A DNA stretch of 64,000 nt from a virus. Its lineage: Duplodnaviria; Caudoviricetes. Position numbers and translations under genes: made by a program. This document shows positions 46,128 to 55,042 of this stretch, piece after piece. The notes under the pieces are model-generated. The model searched no databases. It was given only the letters and a program-made list of their open reading frames with translations, and was not told the origin of the DNA. Position 1 is the first letter of the stretch; each line of letters opens with the position of its first letter. The stretch covers positions 1 to 64,000 of IMG/VR virus record IMGVR_UViG_3300027212_000006; one strand, written 5' to 3'.

Positions 46128-47890
46128 TGCATTTCTTTCTTTGCTTGATCATGTATTTTTTTAGTCAAGAAATCAATAAGTTCTTTTCCAGATTCTACAA
46201 GGGAACTTAACAATTCAATATTTTCTGAAAAATAATCAGATTCAATACTTTCTCTTAAATCTTGTAGTTCTTTGACTTCATCACTATTCAATAATTTAGT
46301 ATCAATCAATTCAAACAATTGGATTTTTAAAGATGCAAGCCAATCTCTCAAGGATGATATTAGTTTAAATCTTTCATCTTCAATTTTATTTTCTTCAGCG
46401 TCAAGTAACATTTTAGTCATCTCTTCTTCAGATAATGAACCAGATAATACCATGACCTTCTCATTATTGGTAGCTTCATCAATTGCTTTAACAGTTACAA
46501 TTCCATTTGCATCAACATCAAAAACTACTTCAATTTTTGGTGCGCCTCTTCTTACTGGTGGAATATTATCTAGCTTAAACTCACCTAAATAATGATTGTA
46601 TTTTGTTTGTGGTCTTTCACCTTGAAACACTTTAACATCAACTGAGGTTTGATTGTCTTCAGCTGTTGTAAATACTTCTCTATATTCTGTAGGAACTTGA
46701 GTGTTGCGTCTGATCATTGCATTCATAACACCTCCCAAAGTTTCTATTCCTAAAGAAAGAGGAGTAACATCTAACAAGAATATCATCTTATCTGAATTGC
46801 CTGAAAGAACAGAAGCTTGAATTGCAGCTCCTAATGCTACTGCCTCATCTGGATTAATAGTTTTGTTGGGCTTTTTACCAACCCACTCTTGTATTTTTTT
46901 AGAAACTAGTGGAATGCGAGTAGAACCACCAACAAAGACCACTTCATCAATATCTTTGGCCTTTAAGTTAGCATCGTTAAGTGCTTGTTCAATACAGTCT
47001 TTTGTTTTGTTTAAAATTGATGTTATTGCGCTTTCAAACTCTTCTCTTGAAACTACTACGGAAAGGTTTACTGGTTGCCTATTTCTGAAAGCAAACATTG
47101 GAATATTAACATTAGTGCTTTCCAACTGAGATAAAGATTTCTTTGCTTTTTCTGATGCTGTTCTTAGTCTGGATTTTTGTTGATCGGATAAATCTTCTAT
47201 AAGTTTTTCATTGTAATCATAATCAAACTTTAAATTAAACTTATCTAAAATTATCTGACCAATAATTTTATCAAAATCAGCTCCACCTAAACTAGTGTTA
47301 CCTGAAGTAGAAAGTACATGAAAATCTACTCCGTCAGACAATTTCAGCACTGTTACATCAAAAGTACCACCGCCAAGATCATATACTAAAATTGTTGAGT
47401 CGTGAGTTTTATCCAGACCATAGGCTAAAGAAGCAGCTGTAGGTTCATTAATAATTCGTAAAACATTAAGCCCAGCAAGCTCACCAGCAGCTTTAGTTGC
47501 CTTTCTTTCGTCGTTATTGAAGTAAGCAGGAACTGTAATTACTGCGTCTGTTACTTCATGTCCTAAATAGTCTTCTGAATCTCTTTTGAGTTTTTTGAGA
47601 ATCTCTGCTGATATTTCACATGGAGTAAATTGCGAGTTATCAAAAACGTAAAGTTTATCGAATCCTGAAGACATTTTACGCTTAACTAGTCTGATTGCTC
47701 TGTCTGGATTTTCTTCTTCAAAATCAACAGCTAAATCACCAACCATGCGTGTAAGATTCTCATCAATTGCAAAAACCGAGGGCGTGATTCGATTCCCTTC
47801 ACAATTAGGAATGACTTCAGCTACACCATTTTTTACATAAGAAACTACAGAAAATGTACTACCTAAATCTATGCCAATTGAAAGTCCCAT
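46124..47890 (-). CDS. dnaK: Hsp70 chaperone DnaK
   Basis: GIDLGST, TVPAYFN, RIINEPTAA, DLGGGTFDV, VGGSTRIP, NPDEAVA, LLDVTPLSLGIETLGG. Confidence 0.95.
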   Translation of the reverse strand: MGLSIGIDLGSTFSVVSYVKNGVAEVIPNCEGNRITPSVFAIDENLTRMVGDLAVDFEEENPDRAIRLVKRKMSSGFDKLYVFDNSQFTPCEISAEILKKLKRDSEDYLGHEVTDAVITVPAYFNNDERKATKAAGELAGLNVLRIINEPTAASLAYGLDKTHDSTILVYDLGGGTFDVTVLKLSDGVDFHVLSTSGNTSLGGADFDKIIGQIILDKFNLKFDYDYNEKLIEDLSDQQKSRLRTASEKAKKSLSQLESTNVNIPMFAFRNRQPVNLSVVVSREEFESAITSILNKTKDCIEQALNDANLKAKDIDEVVFVGGSTRIPLVSKKIQEWVGKKPNKTINPDEAVALGAAIQASVLSGNSDKMIFLLDVTPLSLGIETLGGVMNAMIRRNTQVPTEYREVFTTAEDNQTSVDVKVFQGERPQTKYNHYLGEFKLDNIPPVRRGAPKIEVVFDVDANGIVTVKAIDEATNNEKVMVLSGSLSEEEMTKMLLDAEENKIEDERFKLISSLRDWLASLKIQLFELIDTKLLNSDEVKELQDLRESIESDYFSENIELLSSLVESGKELIDFLTKKIHDQAKKEMQ

Positions 47891-47897
47891 ACAATAA

Positions 47898-47905
47898 ATT
47901 ATACA
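47898..47905 (-). promoter_or_regulatory. -10 box positioned for leaderless dnaK transcript
   Basis: TGTATAAT-TTATTGT-ATG; no SD. Confidence 0.6.
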
Positions 47906-48262
47906 TTATTCAGGATTTTCATCAGGTAGCACAGTTCCTCCAGGCTTATAACCCTCCATTAATGAATGCAATACATCAGACTCTTCAAGTCTTTTTTGCA
48001 TATTTTTAATTTCGTTTTTAGTTATAGGCTTTTCAGAGTTGATCATTGAAGGGTCTCTGTGTAAAGAACTTTTGTATTCATGAGCCATAGAAATTAATTG
48101 GACAACAGCAAACGTGTCCTTACATTTTACACAACGCATGACAGCATATATCTCCACTTCTGATTTAGGAAGCCAACCTAAATGTGACTCCCTGAAGAAT
48201 GGATGTTTGCAAGTTCTATTAAGACAATTTTTTGGCTTTCCAACAATGGTTTGGTGATGCAT
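47906..48262 (-). CDS. Zinc-ribbon hypothetical protein
   Basis: CLNRTC and CVKC pairs; preceded by AGG-N18-AGAAT (48323-48298). Confidence 0.65.
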   Translation of the reverse strand: MHHQTIVGKPKNCLNRTCKHPFFRESHLGWLPKSEVEIYAVMRCVKCKDTFAVVQLISMAHEYKSSLHRDPSMINSEKPITKNEIKNMQKRLEESDVLHSLMEGYKPGGTVLPDENPE

Positions 48263-48434
48263 AGTATACCTGCCTATAAGATGCTGATTCTTTTAATATT
48301 CTATTTCAATAAGAGTAATTCCTAAGGTTAAAAAGTATTACTTATGGTATATTATAAACAGTAGTACTGTTCATTGTCGAGCATTATTCTTCCAAAGATG
48401 GTTTGTTTGAAATCTATTTAAGGAGGTATTGGCA

Positions 48435-48506
48435 ATGAATATACTTAGAGACATCGAGCAACTCTTTACAACTGTATTTGAGACTCTTTTCAAATTCGAG
48501 TTATAA
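48435..48506 (+). CDS. Putative 23-aa small ORF
   Basis: AAGGAGGT SD; MNILRDIEQLFTTVFETLFKFEL; stop 2 nt before the next ATG. Confidence 0.5.
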   Translation: MNILRDIEQLFTTVFETLFKFEL

Positions 48507-48508
48507 TT

Positions 48509-49252
48509 ATGAAAACCGCTATTGTATACTCTTGCTTTTTAACAGGCAAATGGTATTCATTAGTATCTAATCAGCTAACTAAAATCTTCTCCTCCAAAAC
48601 AGTGTTGAATGGAGGAGATGTTTTTATTTGTGCTTCTGGTACTGACGAAGAATATAAAAAACTAATCGAAATTATTGGTGACAACAAAGCTTTTGTTTAT
48701 CATCATCCTAACATCAAGCATGCCTGTGAAGCATATGGCTTTAAGAAGATGCATGAAATAAGCAAAGAAGGCTATGATTACATTTGCTTTATGCATAGTA
48801 AGGGTGTTTCTAGATTAAAAGATCCAATGCCAGTAATTATAACTGTTAATACTTGGCGAACTTGTATGGAATATTTTGTTTTAGAAAGAGCAGAAGATTG
48901 TATTTCAGCATTACAAAAATCAAACAAAAATTGTGCTGGAGTTATGTTAGATGTCTTCAATTGGTTTCATAAAGATATAAGTTTTGAAAAATCTGTCTCA
49001 CATTATCTCTGGGCAATATTTCCAGGTAATTTCTTCTGGGTTAAATGTTCATGGTTTGCTGAACAAAAAGAGCCTACGATTGGAGAAGACAGATTTGAAT
49101 ATGAAAGATTTTTAGGAACATGTGTTGGAACGAACCCCTACTATATCTGGATTAAAAAATACACAGAAGTAGGGTCTCATATTTCCTATTTTGAACCAAT
49201 ATATGAACAAGAATATAAAAAAGAATACAAAGAAGAAGAAAAGCTTATTTAA
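48509..49252 (+). CDS. Glycosyltransferase-like hypothetical protein (RgpF-like motifs)
   Basis: YICFMHSKG, WRTCMEYF, GNFFWVK, RFEYERFLG. Confidence 0.5.
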   Translation: MKTAIVYSCFLTGKWYSLVSNQLTKIFSSKTVLNGGDVFICASGTDEEYKKLIEIIGDNKAFVYHHPNIKHACEAYGFKKMHEISKEGYDYICFMHSKGVSRLKDPMPVIITVNTWRTCMEYFVLERAEDCISALQKSNKNCAGVMLDVFNWFHKDISFEKSVSHYLWAIFPGNFFWVKCSWFAEQKEPTIGEDRFEYERFLGTCVGTNPYYIWIKKYTEVGSHISYFEPIYEQEYKKEYKEEEKLI

Positions 49253-51050
49253 TTGCAAACATCTTCCATGCTCTTTCATTTCTATAAACCTTTTTTCTCA
49301 TTAGACAGTGAGTTTTAAGGTTTTTTTGTTCAGGCATAAAATCAATAATAACTGCATCTGGCTTGCCATTTGATACAGATTGCTCAATGTCTTTCCCAAC
49401 ACATCTTAATACTCTTCCTACCTGTTGATAAGTGGTAACAGAAGATTGATTTGAACCTGCTAAAATTAATACTGAAATCTTTGGTGCATCAACTCCAACG
49501 TTTGCCCATTGAGTAGCGATTAAAACAATTTCATTATTTTCAACAGCATTAAGCATTCTTCGACGATAATTCTTTTCCTCGTCAGTTGGATCATCAACAC
49601 CTTTATCTCCACCAGGAACGAAAACAGAATCTTCTATCAATCCCTCCAATAAGAATCCATGTTCTCTTCTCTCTACAAGAATAATCGTAGGTCTTTTAGC
49701 TTCTTTGAATGCTTCGGCAAATTGTTTGATCCTAAAGTTTCTTTCCCAGTTATTAACAATGTTGTTTGAATAAATATCTGCATAAGTATCACCATCATGA
49801 ACTTCAGCTACATTACAAACAAATATCTTGGGTGGTACTAAATACCCTAGCTCAATCAAATCACTCGCACTGACATCAATAATTTTTCTGCCCAGAGTGC
49901 CTTCTATTCTGATTTCTTGGTTGTCCATTCTCCATGGGGTACCAGATAATCCTAAGCGGTAATATGCCTTAGTAGCATATGAACCTAGCTCTTGAATAAC
50001 TACTGACGCTACGTGCGCTTCATCAACTATAAAAGCCTGACAAGAACCAATGAGATTTCTCACTTGACTTTTTTGAAATAATACTTCTTGTCGATTATCC
50101 CAAGCAGTTTGAGCTTTCTTGTATACTGCTAAATCAACTTTAATTAATGCATTAAAATCTTTGTTAAACTGCTTTTCCAAGCTTAAAGCTGCTGCTGCAT
50201 AAGTTTTCTTCTTTTTTAAATCTGTTTCTTTCAAAGCTATTTCTGCAGCTTTTTCCATATCCAAAGACAGCTTGCTTAATTCTCTTTTTGCATTATTTTC
50301 TGCAATCTTCCATTTCTTTAAAGCTTCATCTAATTCTTTTTGTAGCTGAGCAGTTGTTTTTGGACCATCAACATTAGGATCATCAACAACTTTATTCCCT
50401 TTTTCAATGTATTTTTTATCAAATGCATTTAATGCTGTTTGGTAAGTAACAACATTAATTCCTTCTAAATTAATGTTGCATAAACCACCACCAGCAATAC
50501 CCACTACTACAGGCTTGCCATTAAATCTTAAATATCTTTCAAATTCTTTTTGTGTTTGTTTGAGAAGTTCAATTGCAGGTACTATAAAAATTACAGGACT
50601 TACTCCAAGATTTTCAAATATCTTGCAAGAAGTCATAGTTTTACCAGCACCAGTACAAAGGGATAGCATTCCTCTTTGTGTTTTACGTGCTAAAGTTGCA
50701 GCATTCTCTTGATAAAATCTTAATTCTTTGCCATCAAAGTCACAAGTAACTGGGTAATTGCGTTCTGGTTTTTTTCTAACATCAATTACTTCGTGTTCTA
50801 TTTTAAGAGAATCAAATAATTTTCTTATTCTTCCAGTTAATCCTGATGGAAAAGATTGTGTTCTTTTATTGTAAAGAGATATCTTTCCATCCCACTGTCC
50901 TTGTTTAAACTTCTGAGACCATTCAGCCGAAGGGACTTCATAAGACAATTCAGTCCTAATTGCATCATGTAAATTATTATTTACAGCATACTCATTGTGC
51001 AAATTGCCAACAAGCTTGCCAAATGAATTATCAACTTCTATTTTGACCAT
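49245..51050 (-). CDS. Superfamily 2 helicase, UvsW-like
   Basis: LRFYQ, CTGAGKT, IVDEAH, GLSGTPWR, VGVDAP, YQQVGRVLR; N-terminal WDGKISLY segment as in UvsW. Confidence 0.9.
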   Translation of the reverse strand: MVKIEVDNSFGKLVGNLHNEYAVNNNLHDAIRTELSYEVPSAEWSQKFKQGQWDGKISLYNKRTQSFPSGLTGRIRKLFDSLKIEHEVIDVRKKPERNYPVTCDFDGKELRFYQENAATLARKTQRGMLSLCTGAGKTMTSCKIFENLGVSPVIFIVPAIELLKQTQKEFERYLRFNGKPVVVGIAGGGLCNINLEGINVVTYQTALNAFDKKYIEKGNKVVDDPNVDGPKTTAQLQKELDEALKKWKIAENNAKRELSKLSLDMEKAAEIALKETDLKKKKTYAAAALSLEKQFNKDFNALIKVDLAVYKKAQTAWDNRQEVLFQKSQVRNLIGSCQAFIVDEAHVASVVIQELGSYATKAYYRLGLSGTPWRMDNQEIRIEGTLGRKIIDVSASDLIELGYLVPPKIFVCNVAEVHDGDTYADIYSNNIVNNWERNFRIKQFAEAFKEAKRPTIILVERREHGFLLEGLIEDSVFVPGGDKGVDDPTDEEKNYRRRMLNAVENNEIVLIATQWANVGVDAPKISVLILAGSNQSSVTTYQQVGRVLRCVGKDIEQSVSNGKPDAVIIDFMPEQKNLKTHCLMRKKVYRNERAWKMFAIK

Positions 51051-51075
51051 AGCATAAATATTCTATCATAAAAAC

Positions 51076-51105
51076 AAAGAAACGGGAAATATTTCCCGTT
51101 TCTTT
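51076..51105. terminator. Intrinsic terminator (perfect 30-bp palindrome)
   Basis: AAAGAAACGGGAAATATTTCCCGTTTCTTT, followed by a T-tract on the minus strand downstream of the 51122 gene. Confidence 0.85.
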
Positions 51106-51121
51106 TCTGCATTAGGTAACT

Positions 51122-51571
51122 TTATTCAGGATCAGTGAATGACATAGAATTAAACTTATTTACAGCTACCGCAATAGCCTTTGGCTTTTTACCTACAAAC
51201 ATATCAAGCGTACTCATGACAAGTGTTTGAATGTTTTCAACATCTGAGTCTGTCAACTCAATACCTTGATTAACAGCGGCCAAGCGAATAAACCTTACAA
51301 ATTGCTCGACTCTGTCTTCATTAGAAAACTCACCATCTTTAATTTGTTCAAGTCCAGCAATCCAAGCGTCTACAAGCATAACGCCCTTTCTGCCTAATTT
51401 TACTGCTAATACTGACCTAATTACGATCAATGTTTGCAATGCGACTTTTGTATCATTTGGTGCACTTCTTGACAGTAGAAACAAAGCGACCATTGAAATA
51501 ATACAAAGCATCCCAATTACTAATAGGCCTTGCCAGTTAGTAAGTAAAGAAGTTATTTGTGAAAGTTCCAT
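51122..51571 (-). CDS. Membrane protein, possibly holin-like
   Basis: N-terminal TM segment WQGLLVIGMLCIISMVALFLL; ATG 51571 fits the AAGGA SD. Confidence 0.6.
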   Translation of the reverse strand: MELSQITSLLTNWQGLLVIGMLCIISMVALFLLSRSAPNDTKVALQTLIVIRSVLAVKLGRKGVMLVDAWIAGLEQIKDGEFSNEDRVEQFVRFIRLAAVNQGIELTDSDVENIQTLVMSTLDMFVGKKPKAIAVAVNKFNSMSFTDPE

Positions 51572-51573
51572 TT

Positions 51574-51786
51574 TTAACAATCCTTGGCTACTACATCATC
51601 GCCTTCATCAGACGAATCAAGGTCAAGATCAACATCAAGAGTTAGGGGAATTACAAGCTCGTCCTTAATTGGTTCTTGCTTCTTTTCATCTGCCCAAACC
51701 ACTCCTTCGTTAGATGCAACTACTTCGTCACCCTCTGCATCTGTAAACTTCTCAATCTTACCTGTGGCTCTCTTAATCATTGCCAT
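51574..51786 (-). CDS. Small acidic protein
   Basis: 70 aa, GAGG SD. Confidence 0.65.
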   Translation of the reverse strand: MAMIKRATGKIEKFTDAEGDEVVASNEGVVWADEKKQEPIKDELVIPLTLDVDLDLDSSDEGDDVVAKDC

Positions 51787-51797
51787 AATTTTTTACC

Positions 51798-52772
51798 TCA
51801 ATTATTTAAAGTAGAAACATATTTAGAAAGAATATCTTCCTGCTCTGCAGTCAAACTGTTAGGATAATTATACAGAAAAGTGATAACAAACTCGCCCCTT
51901 GAAGAATCTGGTCTTGGTATACCTTCATTTTCAAACTTAAGTAAACTATCTAATCTTGTAAGCTTTTCAACCGTAACTTCTTTTTCAACGCCATTTGGAA
52001 ATTTGATATTTTTCTTCGTTCCAACCAAAGCTTCAATCGGGTTTAACGAAAGCTTATAAAATATATTACCCTGGTTATCAAAATCAAAATCTGGATGCGG
52101 ATTTAAATTAAACTCTACAATAGCTTTACCAGGCGGTTGGTTAGGATTTTCTTGATTACCACCATCAGGAATTATAATAGCAGAGAAAACTTGGCCTAAT
52201 TTTAAATGCAATGGTCTTTGGATAGTTTCATTTATTAGTCCATTTGAATGACATTGTCCACAGATAACATCCAATTTCCAACCCCTGCCTCTACAATCAT
52301 GACAAGGACCAAGTATCTGTTCAAAAAAGAAGCCAGCATGTTGCATCGTGTGCTTGTTCTGCCCAGATCCCATGCATGTTCTACAAACCTGTTTAGCGCC
52401 AGAACCACCTTCACCATTACAAGGTTTACAAAAAACTCTTCTCTGGTACATAACATTTTTTATATCTTCTTTAAAAAGATCTTCTAATGACAAATTAACC
52501 TTAAGAGTTATAGGGCTGTTGAAAGATTGAGTTTTTACTACGTTCCAAGAGTCAAACGGGTTGTGATGCTGAGGAGGTTGGTCGTATCTACTTTTTGAAT
52601 TAGGATCACTTAATACAGAATAAGCTTCGTTAATTTGCTTAAACTTGTCCTCAGCATCTGGTTCTTTATTGACATCAGGGTGAAACTTTTTTGATAGATT
52701 TCTGTAAGCTGATTTTATTTCGTCAGAAGTTGCGTTTCTGCCAACCCCTAATATTTCATAATGATCTTGCAT
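51798..52772 (-). CDS. dnaJ: DnaJ (class A) co-chaperone
   Basis: DHYEILGV...FHPDVN J domain; four CxxCxxxG zinc motifs; C-terminal domain; G/F region nearly absent. Confidence 0.92.
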   Translation of the reverse strand: MQDHYEILGVGRNATSDEIKSAYRNLSKKFHPDVNKEPDAEDKFKQINEAYSVLSDPNSKSRYDQPPQHHNPFDSWNVVKTQSFNSPITLKVNLSLEDLFKEDIKNVMYQRRVFCKPCNGEGGSGAKQVCRTCMGSGQNKHTMQHAGFFFEQILGPCHDCRGRGWKLDVICGQCHSNGLINETIQRPLHLKLGQVFSAIIIPDGGNQENPNQPPGKAIVEFNLNPHPDFDFDNQGNIFYKLSLNPIEALVGTKKNIKFPNGVEKEVTVEKLTRLDSLLKFENEGIPRPDSSRGEFVITFLYNYPNSLTAEQEDILSKYVSTLNN

Positions 52773-52778
52773 ACTTGA

Positions 52779-52786
52779 AATATACA
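52779..52786 (-). promoter_or_regulatory. -10 box positioned for leaderless dnaJ transcript
   Basis: TGTATATT-TCAAGT-ATG; no SD. Confidence 0.5.
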
Positions 52787-52788
52787 GG

Positions 52789-53469
52789 TTATCTATTTAT
52801 TTTATTAAGTAAATCGATAATCTTATTAGAAGGACAAGCTGCATTCTGACCAACCCCAACATCAGCATGTTGTCCAGTTACACCCATAACACAGCCAGCA
52901 ACAGTACCATCAGTAAGAACTAACATTCCTCCTGATGCGCCCTCTAAAATATCAGCATCAAAGAACAAAATATCTTGCCATGCCAAACTTGGACTTTGTT
53001 TTCCTAATGTCTGATGAACATTAGTAATTCTTCCAACGGTTGCTGTATCGTGAAATCCCTCTGGAGACCCTAAAACTGCAATAATATCTCCAACTTCTAC
53101 AGTGTCAGAGTTAGCAAGTTTTACAGCTGGGATGTTTTTAGCAATAGGAGTAGATAAAACAATTCCAGCATCATAATTTGGATCAGATATTTGCATTTCT
53201 GCTGGATATAAAGTTTCACCATCAAAAGATACTTTAATCTCGTGAGGTTTATTTGTCAATATTGGAGGCACAACGTGAGAAGCAGTGACTATGTAGCCTT
53301 CCCCTACATGAAAACCGCTACCAGTCCAACTTTGATCTCCAGCATCTACGTAAATAGTGCAAGAAGACTGAATTGCTGTTTGAATAATTTTCTTTACAGG
53401 GTCTTCAATCTTTTGCCCTAACTTCATTCTCCATGCAAGAGAATCAGCGTTGAATGAAAACAAACTCAT
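52789..53469 (-). CDS. Trypsin-like (S1, HtrA-type) serine protease without PDZ
   Basis: GSGF, VTASHVV (His), YDAG (Asp), GASGG (Ser). Confidence 0.88.
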   Translation of the reverse strand: MSLFSFNADSLAWRMKLGQKIEDPVKKIIQTAIQSSCTIYVDAGDQSWTGSGFHVGEGYIVTASHVVPPILTNKPHEIKVSFDGETLYPAEMQISDPNYDAGIVLSTPIAKNIPAVKLANSDTVEVGDIIAVLGSPEGFHDTATVGRITNVHQTLGKQSPSLAWQDILFFDADILEGASGGMLVLTDGTVAGCVMGVTGQHADVGVGQNAACPSNKIIDLLNKINR

Positions 53470-53927
53470 TTATTTATAACCTTGTACATGATAACAGATT
53501 TTTCAACTGGTCCGAATCTTCTTGAGTCATCTGAGTTTTCAGAATTATCTCCAAGCACATAAACATAACCCCTAGGAACAACATGCTTCATTACTAAAAA
53601 ATTATGATTACCTTCATAATACTTTTCAGCCATTACTCCTATATGTTGATCAAATACTTCAATTTTTTCAGAATCAAAACTCATTAAAGAATAATAAACA
53701 TCATTTTCATCAAACTTTATTCTTTTTATAATAGTTTCGTTATAATCATTCTTCAAAACAACAATATCATTTAAAGAAAAATTATTAGTTCTTACTGCTA
53801 AAAGTAATTGATTATTTTTGAGGCTAGGTAACATAGAATTACCAATAACCACAACGACTTTAAAAGGTATAGCCCATAAAGTTAAAACTACTAACAAACA
53901 AACAATTAATTTGATATATTTTCTCAT
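53466..53927 (-). CDS. Signal peptidase I (S26)
   Basis: N-terminal TM, GNSMLPSL (Ser), IIKRI (Lys), LGDNSENSDDSRRFGPV. Confidence 0.9.
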   Translation of the reverse strand: MRKYIKLIVCLLVVLTLWAIPFKVVVVIGNSMLPSLKNNQLLLAVRTNNFSLNDIVVLKNDYNETIIKRIKFDENDVYYSLMSFDSEKIEVFDQHIGVMAEKYYEGNHNFLVMKHVVPRGYVYVLGDNSENSDDSRRFGPVEKSVIMYKVINK

Positions 53928-53990
53928 TGCACTTCTCCTATTTGCAGAAGAAGAGCTTAAAGATTTTTGTTTTTTGCCTTTTGGCTCTTT

Positions 53991-55010
53991 TTAAATTAAT
54001 TTCTCTGGTAATGGCTGTGGATCCTCAACTATTTGAGTAACGACAGACGCCTTGTAATGATCTGGGTTAATATTAGCAAAATTAGGAACGCCGTATCCCC
54101 ATTGTTTAATATCACCTGCAGTTATAAAAGGACTATCATCAGCTACAGTTTTTAAAGCTTGCATCATCTCAATGTAATTCTTGATTAATGGTACACCAGC
54201 AGTTTTTCTTGAGTATGATAAAAGTAAAGCGCAAATACCAGCCATGAAAGGTGATGCTTGGCTTGTTCCTGACATTTTTGCATAACCATTGTTGAAGTGT
54301 GTTGAGTATATATCAACACCAGGCACAGCTCCATCAACTTCCTGACCCCTAGAAGAAAAGTGTGCCAAATTACCATTTTTGTCTAAAGCAGCTACAGCTA
54401 TAACTTCATCATAATGTGCTGGATAATTAACTTTTCCAGAATCATTACCGGCAGCTGCAATAATAATGATGCCTTTAGAAACAGCTTCTTTAATTAAATT
54501 ATAAATCTCTCTTGGCGGTTCTGAAGGAGAGCCTAAAGACATGTTGATAATATCGCAATTGGCATCGATAGCATATCTTAAACCTTTTGCAATTGCTTCA
54601 TATGATCCAGAGCCATCACTATTTAAAACCTTGACTGGCAATATGTGGCAACCAGGAGCAACACCTACAATGCCTCTGCCATTTTCTCTCGCAGCAATGA
54701 TACCTGTGACGTGAATACCGTGACCACTTCCATTGTCAAGTCCAGTACCTTCGCTTGTAGCATCAAGCATGGTTCCCCAAACTTTCTCTAAATCGTTATG
54801 TGGTACGATGCCAGTGTCTAAAACACCAATTAAAATGCCTTCACCTTTAGAATATTGCCAAAACTTTTCAATATTACAGGTCATCATTCCCCAATCTTTC
54901 TTCTCTCCATCAGAAAGAGAAGTCATAACATGGGTAACTTTCAAATCCTCTTCTGGAATAAAGTCTAATTGATCTTTAAGGGAAACTTTTTCTCTTTCGA
55001 TTGCTGCCAT
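53991..55010 (-). CDS. Subtilisin-like (S8) serine protease, no signal peptide
   Basis: VLDTG (Asp), HGIHVTG (His), AAAGN, SGTSQASP (Ser). Confidence 0.93.
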   Translation of the reverse strand: MAAIEREKVSLKDQLDFIPEEDLKVTHVMTSLSDGEKKDWGMMTCNIEKFWQYSKGEGILIGVLDTGIVPHNDLEKVWGTMLDATSEGTGLDNGSGHGIHVTGIIAARENGRGIVGVAPGCHILPVKVLNSDGSGSYEAIAKGLRYAIDANCDIINMSLGSPSEPPREIYNLIKEAVSKGIIIIAAAGNDSGKVNYPAHYDEVIAVAALDKNGNLAHFSSRGQEVDGAVPGVDIYSTHFNNGYAKMSGTSQASPFMAGICALLLSYSRKTAGVPLIKNYIEMMQALKTVADDSPFITAGDIKQWGYGVPNFANINPDHYKASVVTQIVEDPQPLPEKLI

Positions 55011-55042
55011 TTTCTTAATCTCCTTAGAATACTATATATAAT

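Noticed and set aside
36310-50420. Inteins in GyrB or the helicase
   Set aside because: The insertions lack C/S starts, HN ends and LAGLIDADG motifs.
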